Shown here: positions 38,304 to 48,342 of the stretch, in pieces
Layout of the letters: every line of letters begins with the position of its first letter
Position numbering within the stretch: position 1 is the first letter of the stretch
Origin: Candidatus Hydrogenedentota bacterium
GTDB lineage: Bacteria; Hydrogenedentota; Hydrogenedentia; Hydrogenedentales; JAEUWI01
Assembly (NCBI GenBank): GCA_016182605.1
Contig: JACPGE010000046.1
Location: 7,769-71,768, forward strand
DNA: 64,000 nt
Direction: 5' to 3'
Position numbers and translations under genes: made by a program
Notes under the pieces: model-generated
Databases searched by the model: none
What the model was told of the DNA's origin: nothing
The model's input: only the letters and a program-made list of their open reading frames with translations

Positions 38304-38720
38304 ATGCAAGGCAAGCGCTTACATGTGGTCGTGATCGACGACGATCCCGAGATCGTCGCCGCCTTGAGCGCCTTTCTCTGTGGGGAAGGACACCATGTGC
38401 GCACCGGCGCAAACGGGCACGATGGCCTCATCATCTTGCAAAACGAAGCCGCCGATCTGGTCATTACCGACGGCGAAATGGCCGAGATGGACGGCTTCGA
38501 GTTCATCGCGCGCGTCCGCGGCCGCTACCCGAAGATCGGCATCATTCTCATGACCGCGCACGAGGGCCGCTATCCGCTGGCCCAAGCCCTGAAACACGGG
38601 GCGGATGGCTACATCACCAAGCCCTTCAGCCTGAAAAAATTCTCCCTCATCTTCCAGAAATCCTACTGGGCCGCCCTGGATCGCGTCGACTGGTGGGATG
38701 CGCTGCCCGAAGCGGAGTAG
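38304..38720 (+). CDS. Single-domain response regulator (receiver)
   Basis: VVVIDDD, DLVITDGEMAEMDG and the ITKPF pattern. Confidence 0.8.
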   Translation: MQGKRLHVVVIDDDPEIVAALSAFLCGEGHHVRTGANGHDGLIILQNEAADLVITDGEMAEMDGFEFIARVRGRYPKIGIILMTAHEGRYPLAQALKHGADGYITKPFSLKKFSLIFQKSYWAALDRVDWWDALPEAE

Positions 38721-38829
38721 TGGCACAAGCAGCGCTCTGTTGAGGCGCATCCCTGCGCCCGAATCTATCCATCGCGCCCCGCGGACTGCTATACTCTGCC
38801 AATTATCCCAATCCAACAGGAGATCCCCG

Positions 38830-39273
38830 ATGAGTATCAGGCAGGCCGTTCAGGACGCCATCAAAGACGCGATGAAAAGCAAGAATCAGGCGCGGCTGGA
38901 GTGCCTTCGCATGGCGAAAGGCGCGCTGCTGCTGGTGGAGAAGGCCGGCGCCAAAGACGTGGAACTTACGGACGACGAGGCGGCGGCAGCCCTGCGCGCG
39001 GAGGTGAAGAAGCGCCAGAGCAGCATCGAAACCTATCGTGAGCTGAACAAGCCGGACGAAGTGGCGGGCCTGGAGGTGGAGATCTCCATCTTGAATGAGT
39101 TCCTGCCGAAGCAGTTGGGCGAGGCGGACCTGGAAGCGAAGATCCGCGCGTTTCTCGCGGAACACCCGGACATGAACCACGCGGGCAAGCTCACGGGCGC
39201 GATGAAAAAGGAATTGGGCGATCTTGCCGACAGCCGCCTGCTCAACGAAATCTGCAAAAAGATCGTGGGCTGA
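38830..39273 (+). CDS. GatB/YqeY domain protein
   Basis: Q.AIKDAMKSK......LR..K.A....E, then EI.IL.EFLP.QL and a typical YqeY layout. Confidence 0.7.
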   Translation: MSIRQAVQDAIKDAMKSKNQARLECLRMAKGALLLVEKAGAKDVELTDDEAAAALRAEVKKRQSSIETYRELNKPDEVAGLEVEISILNEFLPKQLGEADLEAKIRAFLAEHPDMNHAGKLTGAMKKELGDLADSRLLNEICKKIVG

Positions 39274-39280
39274 GCCGCGC

Positions 39281-40288
39281 ATGTTGACCGCAAAACAGGC
39301 CTGCGCATTCGCCACGGCGTGGCAGGGAAAACGCGTGGGGGTCGTCGGGGACCTCATGCTGGATCGCTATGTGTGGGGCGAGGCCACGCGCATCAGCCAG
39401 GAGGCCCCCATTCCGGTCGTGTCCGTGCGCAAAGAGACCGCCCGGCCCGGAGGTGCGGCCAATGTGCTCAACAACCTGAGCACGCTGGGCGCGGTCCCGG
39501 TGGCGTTTGGCGTGGCCGGGGAAGACGAAGGCGGCGCATTGCTTTGCGGATTGCTGGAGGATCTGGGTGTGGAAACCGCGGGCATCCTGCGCGACGCCGC
39601 GCGCCCGACCACGGAGAAGACCCGGGTCATTGCGGGAAACCAGCAGGTGGTGCGGGTGGACAAAGAAGTGAAGGCGCCCCTGAGCAGCGCCATTGAAGAC
39701 GCCCTCGTCCACAGCGTGGAAGCGGGACTCCGCGCGGGACGCCTGGATGCGATTGTTCTGGAAGACTATGCGAAGGGCGTCTTGATGGGGTCTGTGCTCG
39801 CGCGCGTGACTGCGGCGGCACGGGCGGCCGGGGTTCCCGTGATGCTCGATCCGCACCCGGCGAATGCCCATTGCGCATCGGGGATCACGCTGATGACGCC
39901 AAACCACAACGAAGCCTTTGCGCTCGCCGGGGCCTACCTCACGGAGACCCGCTATCCCATTGAGAGCGACGACGCCCTGCGGGAAGTCGCCGCGCGCATT
40001 CAATCGCGCTGGGAAGTGGAGAATCTGTTGATCACCCTCGGCGCGGGCGGCATGGCGTTGTATTCGCGCGGCGGCGCACCCTTGCACGTGCCCACGCGCG
40101 CCATGGAGGTCTTCGATGTTTCCGGCGCGGGCGACACGGTCATCACCGCGTTCACCCTCGCGCTCCTCGCCGGAGCCACTCCCCCCGAAGCCGCCATTGT
40201 CTCCAATCATGCCGCGGGCATCGTCGTCGGCAAAGTGGGGACGGTCCCGGTGCACACGGAAGAACTTCTCCAGAGCTTCCATGAATAA
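39281..40288 (+). CDS. D-glycero-beta-D-manno-heptose-7-phosphate kinase-like PfkB sugar kinase (RfaE domain I type)
   Basis: VGVVGDLMLDRYVWGE..RISQEAPIPVV, GGAANV and a C-terminal DVSGAGDTVIA-like motif. Overlaps gmhB. Confidence 0.75.
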   Translation: MLTAKQACAFATAWQGKRVGVVGDLMLDRYVWGEATRISQEAPIPVVSVRKETARPGGAANVLNNLSTLGAVPVAFGVAGEDEGGALLCGLLEDLGVETAGILRDAARPTTEKTRVIAGNQQVVRVDKEVKAPLSSAIEDALVHSVEAGLRAGRLDAIVLEDYAKGVLMGSVLARVTAAARAAGVPVMLDPHPANAHCASGITLMTPNHNEAFALAGAYLTETRYPIESDDALREVAARIQSRWEVENLLITLGAGGMALYSRGGAPLHVPTRAMEVFDVSGAGDTVITAFTLALLAGATPPEAAIVSNHAAGIVVGKVGTVPVHTEELLQSFHE

Positions 40289-40799
40289 GGCCGTCTTTCT
40301 CGACCGCGATGGCACCCTCATTGAAGATCGCCACTTCCTCGCGGATCCCTCGGGGGTGGTACTCCTTCCCGGTGTGCCGCGGGCGCTCCGCGAACTCAGG
40401 GATGCGGGCTATCTGCTCATCGTGGCGAGCAACCAGTCCGGCATTGCGCGGGGCCTCTTCACCCATGAAGACGTGACCCGCGTGCACCGCCGCCTGGAGG
40501 CCTTGCTGGCGCTGGAGGGCGCCCGGCTCGACGCGCTCTACTACTGCCCGCACGGCCCCGAATCGGACTCGGAAACCCGCAAGCCCGCGCCAGGCATGCT
40601 GCTGCTTGCCGCGCGGGAACACGGCATCGACCTGGCCGCGTCCGCCTGTGTCGGCGATCAACCCCGCGACGTGGAGGCCGGCGAACGCGCCGGCTGCGGA
40701 ATCAATATCCTGCTCGCGCATGACACACAAGAGGGCGGCACGTGCGCGCCCGATCTCGCTGCGGCGGCCGCCATGATACTCCACCGCGCGGCCCCCTGA
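40281..40799 (+). CDS. gmhB: D,D-heptose 1,7-bisphosphate phosphatase
   Basis: HAD motif I FLDRDGTL, SNQSGIARG, C.H.P......CRKP-like (CPHGPESDSETRKPAPGM) and VGDQPRD. Confidence 0.8.
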   Translation: MNKAVFLDRDGTLIEDRHFLADPSGVVLLPGVPRALRELRDAGYLLIVASNQSGIARGLFTHEDVTRVHRRLEALLALEGARLDALYYCPHGPESDSETRKPAPGMLLLAAREHGIDLAASACVGDQPRDVEAGERAGCGINILLAHDTQEGGTCAPDLAAAAAMILHRAAP

Positions 40800-40818
40800 G
40801 CGGGCCGGAATCCAGCGC

Positions 40819-43467
40819 TCACTTGCCTCCCGGCAGCAATTTCAAGTTGCTGAGCGAGAGCCCGCCCGGATAGCCGTAGGAATCGTCCACACCAAAACCG
40901 TAGACATAGATGCCGAGCGGCTGGGTGCTGGCGATGCTGTGCGAACCAATGGAAATTTCCACACTGGTGGAGGAGAAACCGCTTTCTCCCACGGGTGTGA
41001 AGACTGTTGCTTCCAGGGGCGCCCCATCGAGTAGAACCGCGCCGGCATCGGCATCCGCGGTTCGCGCAATGATATTGACGAAATTCCGCGTAAACCCGCT
41101 GCCGGGCGTGGCGAAGGTATATCGATTGAGGAACTGTTCCGAAGGCGGTACAAGCATCATGAACGGATCGCCCAGCGCGCCGTCGAACTGCGAGCCATTT
41201 GCGTACTGCGCCACAAGGATGGGCTTGTCTGCGCTGATGATATTGGCGCCTTCGAGCAGGAGTTGGTTGGTTTGACCGGCGTCCAGCGTCACCAATCCCG
41301 GTACGGGGCCGTCGATGGTGACCGTCGTTTCGTCCTCCGCGGCGAGAACCAGGAACGTATCGCCATTGCTGCGCGTTTGAATCTGCAGCGTGATGACCTG
41401 GGTGCCCCAGGTGTTGAGCGGCGGAATCTGCTGGGTGAGATGATCGCAGAAACCCACCGAGCCATTCGGGACATTCGCACAGGAGTTGCCCGAAAACAAC
41501 CCGACCGGTTTGTCCGAGGTGATGAGGGTGCCGCTCAAGTCCGTGCCCTGCGTGAAGGTCTTGAGTTGAAACGCTTCCAGATTGTTCAAAACGACCTCGA
41601 ACGGCGTACCTGCGGGGCGTCCCGAGGCCTCCACGCTGGGCGTGATCGTCACGGTCGTGTCGTCCTGCGGCGCGACCACGGCGAACTGCGACTGCCCGTT
41701 GGAAGCCGTTGGGAATGCGAGCACCCGGTGGCTGGTGCCAAAGGTATCCACCGGGAATCCGGCGAAGGCATCGGTGGTGTTTGCCTTCCGGCTGAGCCCA
41801 TAGACCGTAATGTCGTCGAAGGACGAAATCAGGATACCCCGCTCTTCGATGCCGTTGTTTACATTGAGCACTGCGGCGCCGGGCAACTGCACCTCGGTGA
41901 CCACGCCCGGGGTGACCTGAAACTGCTGAACGAAGGAGATGCCTGGAATCTGGATATCCCCGAAGGTCGCGGATTCGCCCGAAATAAAGAGGGTCGGGAT
42001 CAGCCCCAAATTGTCAAAGTTCGTTTCGAATACCACGACGAACTCGCGGCCCGAGGAATCGCCGGGCTCAAGCAAAATAATGCCGGCATCGCTGGACCCT
42101 TCTTCCGACGTATCGACCGAGGTCCCGCCGCTGAACACCAGCTCGCCCATTTCGAAGCGCACACGGATGGCGACCGTTGAAACGCCTGCGGGGACATTGA
42201 CTTCGAAGGAGAAGAAGCCATTGGCATCCGTGGTGGTCGACTCCCCGAAGAAGGTGGTCACGACCGCATTGGCGACCGGGCTTCCGTCCGGCAGTTGAAC
42301 ATAGCCCTGAACGGTGATCGTGCTCACGACCGCGCTCACCTGAATCTGGGCAACGGCGGTGGCGCCCTCATTCGTGGCGGTGATGAACGCCGTGCCCGAT
42401 CCGTTGCCGGTCACCAGGCCGTTCAGGTTCACACTGGCGATCGCCGGGTTGCTCGAAATATACGTGCTGAACTGCGCGCGGCTGCTTGCATCCGTGGTGG
42501 AGCCGTCCGGCAGCGTGGCGGTCAAGCCAAGCTGAAGCGTTGCTCCGCTCATGATCAGGGATACCGGAGCCTGAAGCGTTATCCTGGAAGGGACGGGGGG
42601 CGGCGTATCCGACATCATGAGATTGGGAATGACGAGGCCCTGATTCTGATCGATCTGAAACGGATTGCTGTAGGCATACCGCGTCTGGCCGCCCGCCACA
42701 CTCGTTCCCGTGACGCGGAGGAACGCGTCGCTCAAGCCATCCCGCGGGGATCCCTGCCCCTCCTCGCCAAAGTCGTCCGGGGCCGTTATATTGCTGATCC
42801 GGAACGCGCCGCCGGGCCCTGCCTGCACGGTCTGCCCGTTGATCTCGAAGAGCCACGTTTCATCGAAACGGAAGGCGTCGCGCACCAGGGGATCCGTGCC
42901 ATTCGCAACTTCCTCGCCGTCCGTGGCGCCATCCAGATCGGTGTCCCTTTCCGCGGGATCGGTACCCCGCTCAAACTCGTCCTTGTTGTTGAGCCCGTCC
43001 CCGTCAAAATCCGTCTCGGCATCCAGGGGATCGCCGGGATTCAATCCAGCCTCGGTCTCGAACTCATTGGGCAGGGTATCGCCATCCCGATCGTCTTCCG
43101 TGCCCACGATCAAGTCAATGATCCCGGATTGCAGCGTATCCGCGCCGTTGATGAGGTTGCCGAAGATCACATGAACCGATGCCGTGCCCTTCCCGGCGCC
43201 GCTTACCAATCCCGTCGCATTCACGGTGATCACGTCCGTATCGGATGGCTCGTAATAAATGGAAGGATCCCCGGAGACGTCCACCTGGCTGCCCACTGCC
43301 CCATCCAGCACGCGAAGCTGCTGCGTCCCTCCCACCGTGACAAAAATGCTGTCCGCCTCCACCTGGACCTGGGCGTCCGCGGACAACATCATGGCGCCCG
43401 CGAGCACAACCACACAAAGCAACGTTCCGACTGTCCTGTTGCTACGAGCTGTCTTGCCGGTGTTCAT
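40819..43467 (-). CDS. Large secreted protein: Big_2-like Ig domains, TSP3 repeats, carboxypeptidase-regulatory-like and IgGFc-binding-like C-terminal domain
   Basis: Signal peptide after the ATG at 43467. Two Big_2-like segments (GTQQLRVL..., ATLQLGLTATL...NPAIASV...GLVTG...GTA.ITA). DRDGD..PN..E and DFDGDGLNNKDE TSP3 repeats. GREFVVVFETNF and GDPFMMLVPPSEQF are typical of the IgGFc-binding N-terminal-like domain. Confidence 0.6.
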   Translation of the reverse strand: MNTGKTARSNRTVGTLLCVVVLAGAMMLSADAQVQVEADSIFVTVGGTQQLRVLDGAVGSQVDVSGDPSIYYEPSDTDVITVNATGLVSGAGKGTASVHVIFGNLINGADTLQSGIIDLIVGTEDDRDGDTLPNEFETEAGLNPGDPLDAETDFDGDGLNNKDEFERGTDPAERDTDLDGATDGEEVANGTDPLVRDAFRFDETWLFEINGQTVQAGPGGAFRISNITAPDDFGEEGQGSPRDGLSDAFLRVTGTSVAGGQTRYAYSNPFQIDQNQGLVIPNLMMSDTPPPVPSRITLQAPVSLIMSGATLQLGLTATLPDGSTTDASSRAQFSTYISSNPAIASVNLNGLVTGNGSGTAFITATNEGATAVAQIQVSAVVSTITVQGYVQLPDGSPVANAVVTTFFGESTTTDANGFFSFEVNVPAGVSTVAIRVRFEMGELVFSGGTSVDTSEEGSSDAGIILLEPGDSSGREFVVVFETNFDNLGLIPTLFISGESATFGDIQIPGISFVQQFQVTPGVVTEVQLPGAAVLNVNNGIEERGILISSFDDITVYGLSRKANTTDAFAGFPVDTFGTSHRVLAFPTASNGQSQFAVVAPQDDTTVTITPSVEASGRPAGTPFEVVLNNLEAFQLKTFTQGTDLSGTLITSDKPVGLFSGNSCANVPNGSVGFCDHLTQQIPPLNTWGTQVITLQIQTRSNGDTFLVLAAEDETTVTIDGPVPGLVTLDAGQTNQLLLEGANIISADKPILVAQYANGSQFDGALGDPFMMLVPPSEQFLNRYTFATPGSGFTRNFVNIIARTADADAGAVLLDGAPLEATVFTPVGESGFSSTSVEISIGSHSIASTQPLGIYVYGFGVDDSYGYPGGLSLSNLKLLPGGK

Positions 43468-43495
43468 CGCGCTTCTCCTGAAACGGTTCTTCCTG

Positions 43496-44701
43496 TCACT
43501 GCGTTTTCGATTCCGGGGCCGGAGCCTGGGACGCTGGAACTGCAAAGCGGCGCACACGGACCATGCCCCGCCATTCTTGCTCTTCCTGGATAAAAACGGA
43601 CGACGCAAGATAGACCTGGCTGGGATCCGGCATGGCCAATCCATACAAGGCGGACTTGGTCTCGCTCTGCCCCCAGTATTCCCAGTACTTCTTCCCCTCA
43701 TTGTCCAACAATGCGGCAAAAGGTTTTTCTTCAAGACTGCCGCCCACCGCGCAGCCCGTCATCGACGCCGCCACCTCAAAGGTATCCAGCGCGGACGCCG
43801 CAGGCAGCACGGTGCTATCCCATATGGTGTCGAACGCGACATCGAGCATGGCAACATGGACCGGCTTCTGCGCGCCCTGGGGCACCTCCCAAAGCAGGGC
43901 CACGCGGCCATCCGGCAGGGAGGAACACTTGGGCTGGCCCCCGTCGATAAAGCGTTCCGCGCCCTGGGCGCCTTCTCCATCGAAGCGCCCGATCCAGACA
44001 ATGCCCTGCAGTGGGCTCGTCTGTTCACCCAATCCGGAAGCGCCCACGGCAAGCACGAAGCCCCCGTCGGCGAGGGCGTCGCCGCTCACATAACAAAACT
44101 GGAGATCGTGAACGCAGGGCTTGCGCCAAACGGCGTTCGCGGTGGCGTCCAGCTTGATCAACACGCTCTCTTTTCCATCGACCGCGGCAAGCACATAGCC
44201 GCCGCCGGTCAAGGCGATGGCGCTGCGCACCTGGAGCCGCTTGGATGTCCGCGGAATCTCAAACCTGCCTGCGGGGCCGCCGTCTGGCGTCAGCGGCACG
44301 AGCCAGGGCTGACCATCCACGAAGTCCACAATCAAAGCCGTATGCGCGGGGTCGCCGGTAGTCGTCGTCATACGCCCCGTAACAGCGGAGTCGAGCGCAT
44401 TGCCCTGGCTGTCCTTCTGCGGCTTTTCCACCTGCGCCGCAAGTACCGGCTTGCCGGCAGCATCCAACTGCCAGACCCAGATCTCGTTGCGCGCAGGTTC
44501 GCTGACCGATTTCAGATCGCCGATAGCGCTCACCACCACCTGGCCATTGCCGGCCAGGGTCACGCCTTCGAGGCGGTACCACAGTGGCTTCGGCCCCAGA
44601 TCGACGCTCCAGGACAACGCCAGCCCGGGCGGCTGCGCATGGGCGCAAGTCCCCGCAAGCAGCAGGACAAGCAACGCCGGTAGCATTCTAAACGGACACA
44701 T
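43496..44701 (-). CDS. Secreted hypothetical protein (repeat/beta-propeller-like?)
   Basis: Signal peptide MLPALLVLLLAGTCAHA. The start overlaps the upstream gene's stop by 1 nt. No family recognised. Confidence 0.5.
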   Translation of the reverse strand: MCPFRMLPALLVLLLAGTCAHAQPPGLALSWSVDLGPKPLWYRLEGVTLAGNGQVVVSAIGDLKSVSEPARNEIWVWQLDAAGKPVLAAQVEKPQKDSQGNALDSAVTGRMTTTTGDPAHTALIVDFVDGQPWLVPLTPDGGPAGRFEIPRTSKRLQVRSAIALTGGGYVLAAVDGKESVLIKLDATANAVWRKPCVHDLQFCYVSGDALADGGFVLAVGASGLGEQTSPLQGIVWIGRFDGEGAQGAERFIDGGQPKCSSLPDGRVALLWEVPQGAQKPVHVAMLDVAFDTIWDSTVLPAASALDTFEVAASMTGCAVGGSLEEKPFAALLDNEGKKYWEYWGQSETKSALYGLAMPDPSQVYLASSVFIQEEQEWRGMVRVRRFAVPASQAPAPESKTQ

Positions 44702-47700
44702 CAGCAGCAATTGCACACCTCGCTTTGCCGTTCCTCGAAGGCGCCGCCACCAAAGTTCACGAGCACCCGGTAGTAGCGATCCGCCCATACGAAACAATCG
44801 GCCACCACCGCCGCCGGCGCGGTGGACGCGGTGCACACCGCGCGCATGGCGATGAGCATGGCCGTGTCGCAATTGGATCGGTTGCTGTTGCAGGTCTGGT
44901 AACACCGATCGTGATTGTCGCACGGACCCATCAATCCGTTGGGCCCGGGCACCACGCCGAATTGCGTGTCGTTGCCGCCGGCGGGGTTGTCCTTGTCCGC
45001 AACCACGGTACCCTGCGCCCACGAAGGCGCGCTGCACCCATCGAACTGGAAGGTCCACGCGGGATTCGGCACGCGATTGGGGCAATCCTCCAATTCCGCG
45101 ATGGGATTCTTCGCCTGCACTTCGTTGTTGTTGAAGGCGCCGGTGCCCTGGGTGCAGCACTGCGTGGCCAGCGAGAAGACCTCCGGCGTGGATCGAACGA
45201 TACCCGTGTCGCAGCAGCCTTGCGTCGCCAGGGTGTAAACGGCGCGGCCGCAACAGCCCTGGGTGCCCGTGTTGTACGGCACGCCGTTGCAACAGGCCTG
45301 ATTCTGCTTCAAGGTGCTGGTGCATTCTCCATCGGCCATCTCTTCGCAGGGGCCGCACTGCTCCACATCGCTGGTCACGGAATAGGGCGGACAATTGCTG
45401 CCCCAGCCCGCCACATCGATCCCGGCGCCCGGATCGCTCCGGATCGTGCCCCCATCCTCCGAAACCTGCCCACTCGCCACAATCTCGAAACTGCCCTTCT
45501 CATGATTGAAATTCAGGAAGAACGCCGCGGCGCCCGCGGGGAGCGCGCTCATGTTCGGGTATTCGATCCGGATGGGCGGATCGAAGCGCGCCCCCGTGGG
45601 TCTCAGGGTCCAGGCGAAGGGCGGATTCACGCCATCGGGCAGGGGCATAGGCACATCGTCGAAATGAACCTGGTTCAATGCGATCAAGGCGCCGTCCGTG
45701 GCCGGCGTGCCATCCGCAAGCGTCATCGAACCGGGCTCGACAAACATGCGCAACCCCTCGATCTCTTCCACCTCCAGCACGGTCACCTCGGTGGTGCTGT
45801 AGAACCGCACATTGTTCGGATTCAGCGGCGGCAACAGCACGGGCGTCGGCAAGCCATTCGCCGCGTTGGGCACCACAAGCACCTCATAACCCAGCTCCGG
45901 GAACATGCCCGGGGAAATGGGATTGCCCCCCAGGCTGGTCGCGGTAGCACCGTCGATGTGCAGATGGCCATGACCCGCGGGGAGATCGCTAAACTCAAAG
46001 GTGCCGTCCGCCGCCGTAAACGTTTGCTGTTCCGTGCCGGAGCCCACGAGCAGCACCACATGGGCATTTCCAATGGGCGCGTTCCCATTGTCGAGCACGA
46101 CACCGCTAAACGTGGTGGGCTGATTCCCCCGGCGCACCGATCCGAACACGGTAAACACGACGGGGGCCGTATCGTTCTGCGGGTAATCCACCTCGACCAC
46201 ATTGTTGCCTTCCTCCGGGCCCAGGATCAGATTCACCGCGGCGTGACCGGTCGCATCGCTGGGAATGCTCACTTCCTCTTCGCCGCCGATATTGCCGCCG
46301 CCCTCGATCACCCGGAACGTGACCTCCACCCCCGCCAGGCCGTTGCCCCCATCGCTTACCCAGGCCACCAGCGGCTCCGGCGCCGGGGCGCCCGCCTCTC
46401 CACGCTGCAGGTTGCCCCCGCCCAGATTCAGTTGTTTGGGCGCTGCCGGCGTGGACGTCGCACAGAACATCACCGTGCCCGCCACATCCCGGCTCGTCGC
46501 CTCCACCCGGTTGTTTCCGCAGCCGGCATCTGTGCCCAGCCGCCAGAACGCGCGTGCGCGGCCATTCAAGTCCGTGGCCGTCCGGATCGAGATGGCGCCT
46601 TCGCCGCCCTGCGCCACGCTGAGCCGCCCATCGCTCCGCACCACCGAGAAGGTCACCAGCTTGCCCGAGAGCGGCGTGCCATCCCCACGGGTGACCTCCA
46701 CCTCGATCGGCGTGGTCAGTTCCGAAAGGATCGTGCCCTGCTGCCCATCGCCCCCGGTTGCCGTCATGCGCACCGCATTCGCCGGAATCGCCGTCCGGCT
46801 AACCGTAACTTCGTGCGTGGCGCTGTTGCCGACGGCGTCCGTCACCGTCGCGCTGAGCACGTTCACCCCTTCATTCAGCGCGACCATCGTCCGCTCAAAC
46901 GTGCCATTGGTCCCCACGCCGCTGTTCACCGCGGCCGCGGCGCCGTTCACCGTGACCTCCAGCCCCATGAAGCCGCTGAGCGAGTCGGAAATCCGGCCCG
47001 CCACGGCAACCGTCGCGTTCGTGAGCTGCGCGCCATCCGCGGGAAAATCGATGAACACAAAGGGATCCTGGCCATCCTGAACGACCTGCACCGGCGACGG
47101 TGAACTCGATTCGCCGCGCGCCTGCGCCGTCACAAACAACTTGTTCAGCCGGTTCGGATTGAGCGTGACCTCCACCGAAAAAGCGCCCGTCTCGTCCGCC
47201 ACGGCCGTGACTTCGCTCGCGCCTCCGGAAATCACCAGGGTTGCGCCCCGTTCCGCGGTCCCGGAAAGGGTCACCGAATTCGACGAGGTGGACGTGACCG
47301 AACCCACCACGGTGGGCGCGGCGGGCGGCCCCGTCAGCATTTCCCCCTCGCCCTCCCCTTCGCCCTCGCCTTCGCCCTCCCCTTCGCCAGTGCTCGCCGT
47401 AACCGTTATGGTGCGCGTGGCCGTATTCGAGCTGCTCGCGGAACGCACCGTGAGGGAAGCCGTATACACGCCCGCTTCGGCATAGATATGCGAAACCGAC
47501 AGGCCACTTCCGGGGACACTGTCGCCAAAGACCCACTCACGACTGCTAATGGTCTGGCCCGCGGCTGCGGTGGAGGTGTCGGTGAAGAGCACAGTCAGCG
47601 GCGCCGGTCCCGTCATGGGCGTGGCCGTGAAACTCGCGGTGACACCCGAGGGCGCCGGCGGCATGCACCCCGGGTGCACGGCAACTACGATGAGCGTCAA

Positions 47701-47733
47701 CAGTAGACTGAATGCGTACTGTGCTCGAAGCAT
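44701..47733 (-). CDS. Giant secreted/surface protein: PKD domain, (GE)n linker, Ig-like repeats, Cys-rich module and C-terminal group-XII-PLA2-like domain
   Basis: PKD-like GPAPLTVLFTD...WVFGD...H.Y..AGVYT. GEGEGEGEGEGEGEGE linker. Multiple Ig-like repeats. C-terminal DGCSAP...PCDNHDRCYQTCNSNRSNCD resembles the PLA2G12 catalytic HD-CY block. Confidence 0.6.
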   Translation of the reverse strand: MLRAQYAFSLLLTLIVVAVHPGCMPPAPSGVTASFTATPMTGPAPLTVLFTDTSTAAAGQTISSREWVFGDSVPGSGLSVSHIYAEAGVYTASLTVRSASSSNTATRTITVTASTGEGEGEGEGEGEGEGEMLTGPPAAPTVVGSVTSTSSNSVTLSGTAERGATLVISGGASEVTAVADETGAFSVEVTLNPNRLNKLFVTAQARGESSSPSPVQVVQDGQDPFVFIDFPADGAQLTNATVAVAGRISDSLSGFMGLEVTVNGAAAAVNSGVGTNGTFERTMVALNEGVNVLSATVTDAVGNSATHEVTVSRTAIPANAVRMTATGGDGQQGTILSELTTPIEVEVTRGDGTPLSGKLVTFSVVRSDGRLSVAQGGEGAISIRTATDLNGRARAFWRLGTDAGCGNNRVEATSRDVAGTVMFCATSTPAAPKQLNLGGGNLQRGEAGAPAPEPLVAWVSDGGNGLAGVEVTFRVIEGGGNIGGEEEVSIPSDATGHAAVNLILGPEEGNNVVEVDYPQNDTAPVVFTVFGSVRRGNQPTTFSGVVLDNGNAPIGNAHVVLLVGSGTEQQTFTAADGTFEFSDLPAGHGHLHIDGATATSLGGNPISPGMFPELGYEVLVVPNAANGLPTPVLLPPLNPNNVRFYSTTEVTVLEVEEIEGLRMFVEPGSMTLADGTPATDGALIALNQVHFDDVPMPLPDGVNPPFAWTLRPTGARFDPPIRIEYPNMSALPAGAAAFFLNFNHEKGSFEIVASGQVSEDGGTIRSDPGAGIDVAGWGSNCPPYSVTSDVEQCGPCEEMADGECTSTLKQNQACCNGVPYNTGTQGCCGRAVYTLATQGCCDTGIVRSTPEVFSLATQCCTQGTGAFNNNEVQAKNPIAELEDCPNRVPNPAWTFQFDGCSAPSWAQGTVVADKDNPAGGNDTQFGVVPGPNGLMGPCDNHDRCYQTCNSNRSNCDTAMLIAMRAVCTASTAPAAVVADCFVWADRYYRVLVNFGGGAFEERQSEVCNCC

Positions 47734-48033
47734 GGGAATCCCCTCATACGGTATGGGCGGGGCATTGAGTTTCTGCCCGCTGCACATGATCAATCCAACC
47801 CAAGTTCGGATTCGACACAAGAACGCACCACTTCCAAGATCGTTCTTGCTTACTGCCAGTCTGTCGAGTCTAACAACGCGCGTCCGATCTGTCAACGAGT
47901 TTTATATACAATTCGCGGGAGTCAAGATCTTGCCGGAAACGACGCAGAACCGCCCTAAGCTGCTGGCGCATGGCAACTTCCAATACGGGCGTCACCAATG
48001 GCCCAGTGGCCACGCATGAAAATAATCCCGTTG

Positions 48034-48077
48034 GCTCAGCCCTGCCGCAGATCCACCATCGCCGTCGCCACGCCCGA
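48034..48077. repeat. Left copy of ~44-bp imperfect direct repeat (att-like), relic of the beta-helix gene 3' end
   Basis: gctcagccctgccgcagatccaccatcgccgtcgccacgcccga matches 55258-55301, with a 19-bp perfect core gcagatccaccatcgccgt at 48047-48065. Minus-strand translation ends GVATAMVDLRQG, versus GVATAMVDLRKG for the real gene. Confidence 0.65.
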
Positions 48078-48342
48078 CCGGCGCACAAGCCTCCCTCTGG
48101 CCCAACTTCCTTTGAGGATATGGGCCCGCACCCGATCTCTTACAGCAACTCGTGCGCGAGAATGCCCGTGCCACGCCTCCTCAAACACTTCGGCCCCCGA
48201 TATCCAACCCCGACAATCGACTAATCGCACTTGATGTCGCTGCATTTGGTTAGAAGAGCACCTCTTTCAAGAATTACGCCTCGCACCGCTCGTGCGTCCA
48301 AAACTCGTCTTGATGACACAGTCCATCGCAGCTTGTCAGCAC

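Noticed and set aside
47341-47390. Tandem hexanucleotide-like repeat encoding (GE)8.
   Set aside because: It lies in frame within the giant surface-protein gene and is interpreted as a flexible acidic linker. It is a possible slippage-prone tract but not an independent feature.
48036-48245. 69-aa minus-strand ORF ending in GVATAMVDLRQG.
   Set aside because: Only its last 12 codons resemble the beta-helix protein C-terminus. It is interpreted as a duplicated 3'-end relic (att-like repeat), not a gene.
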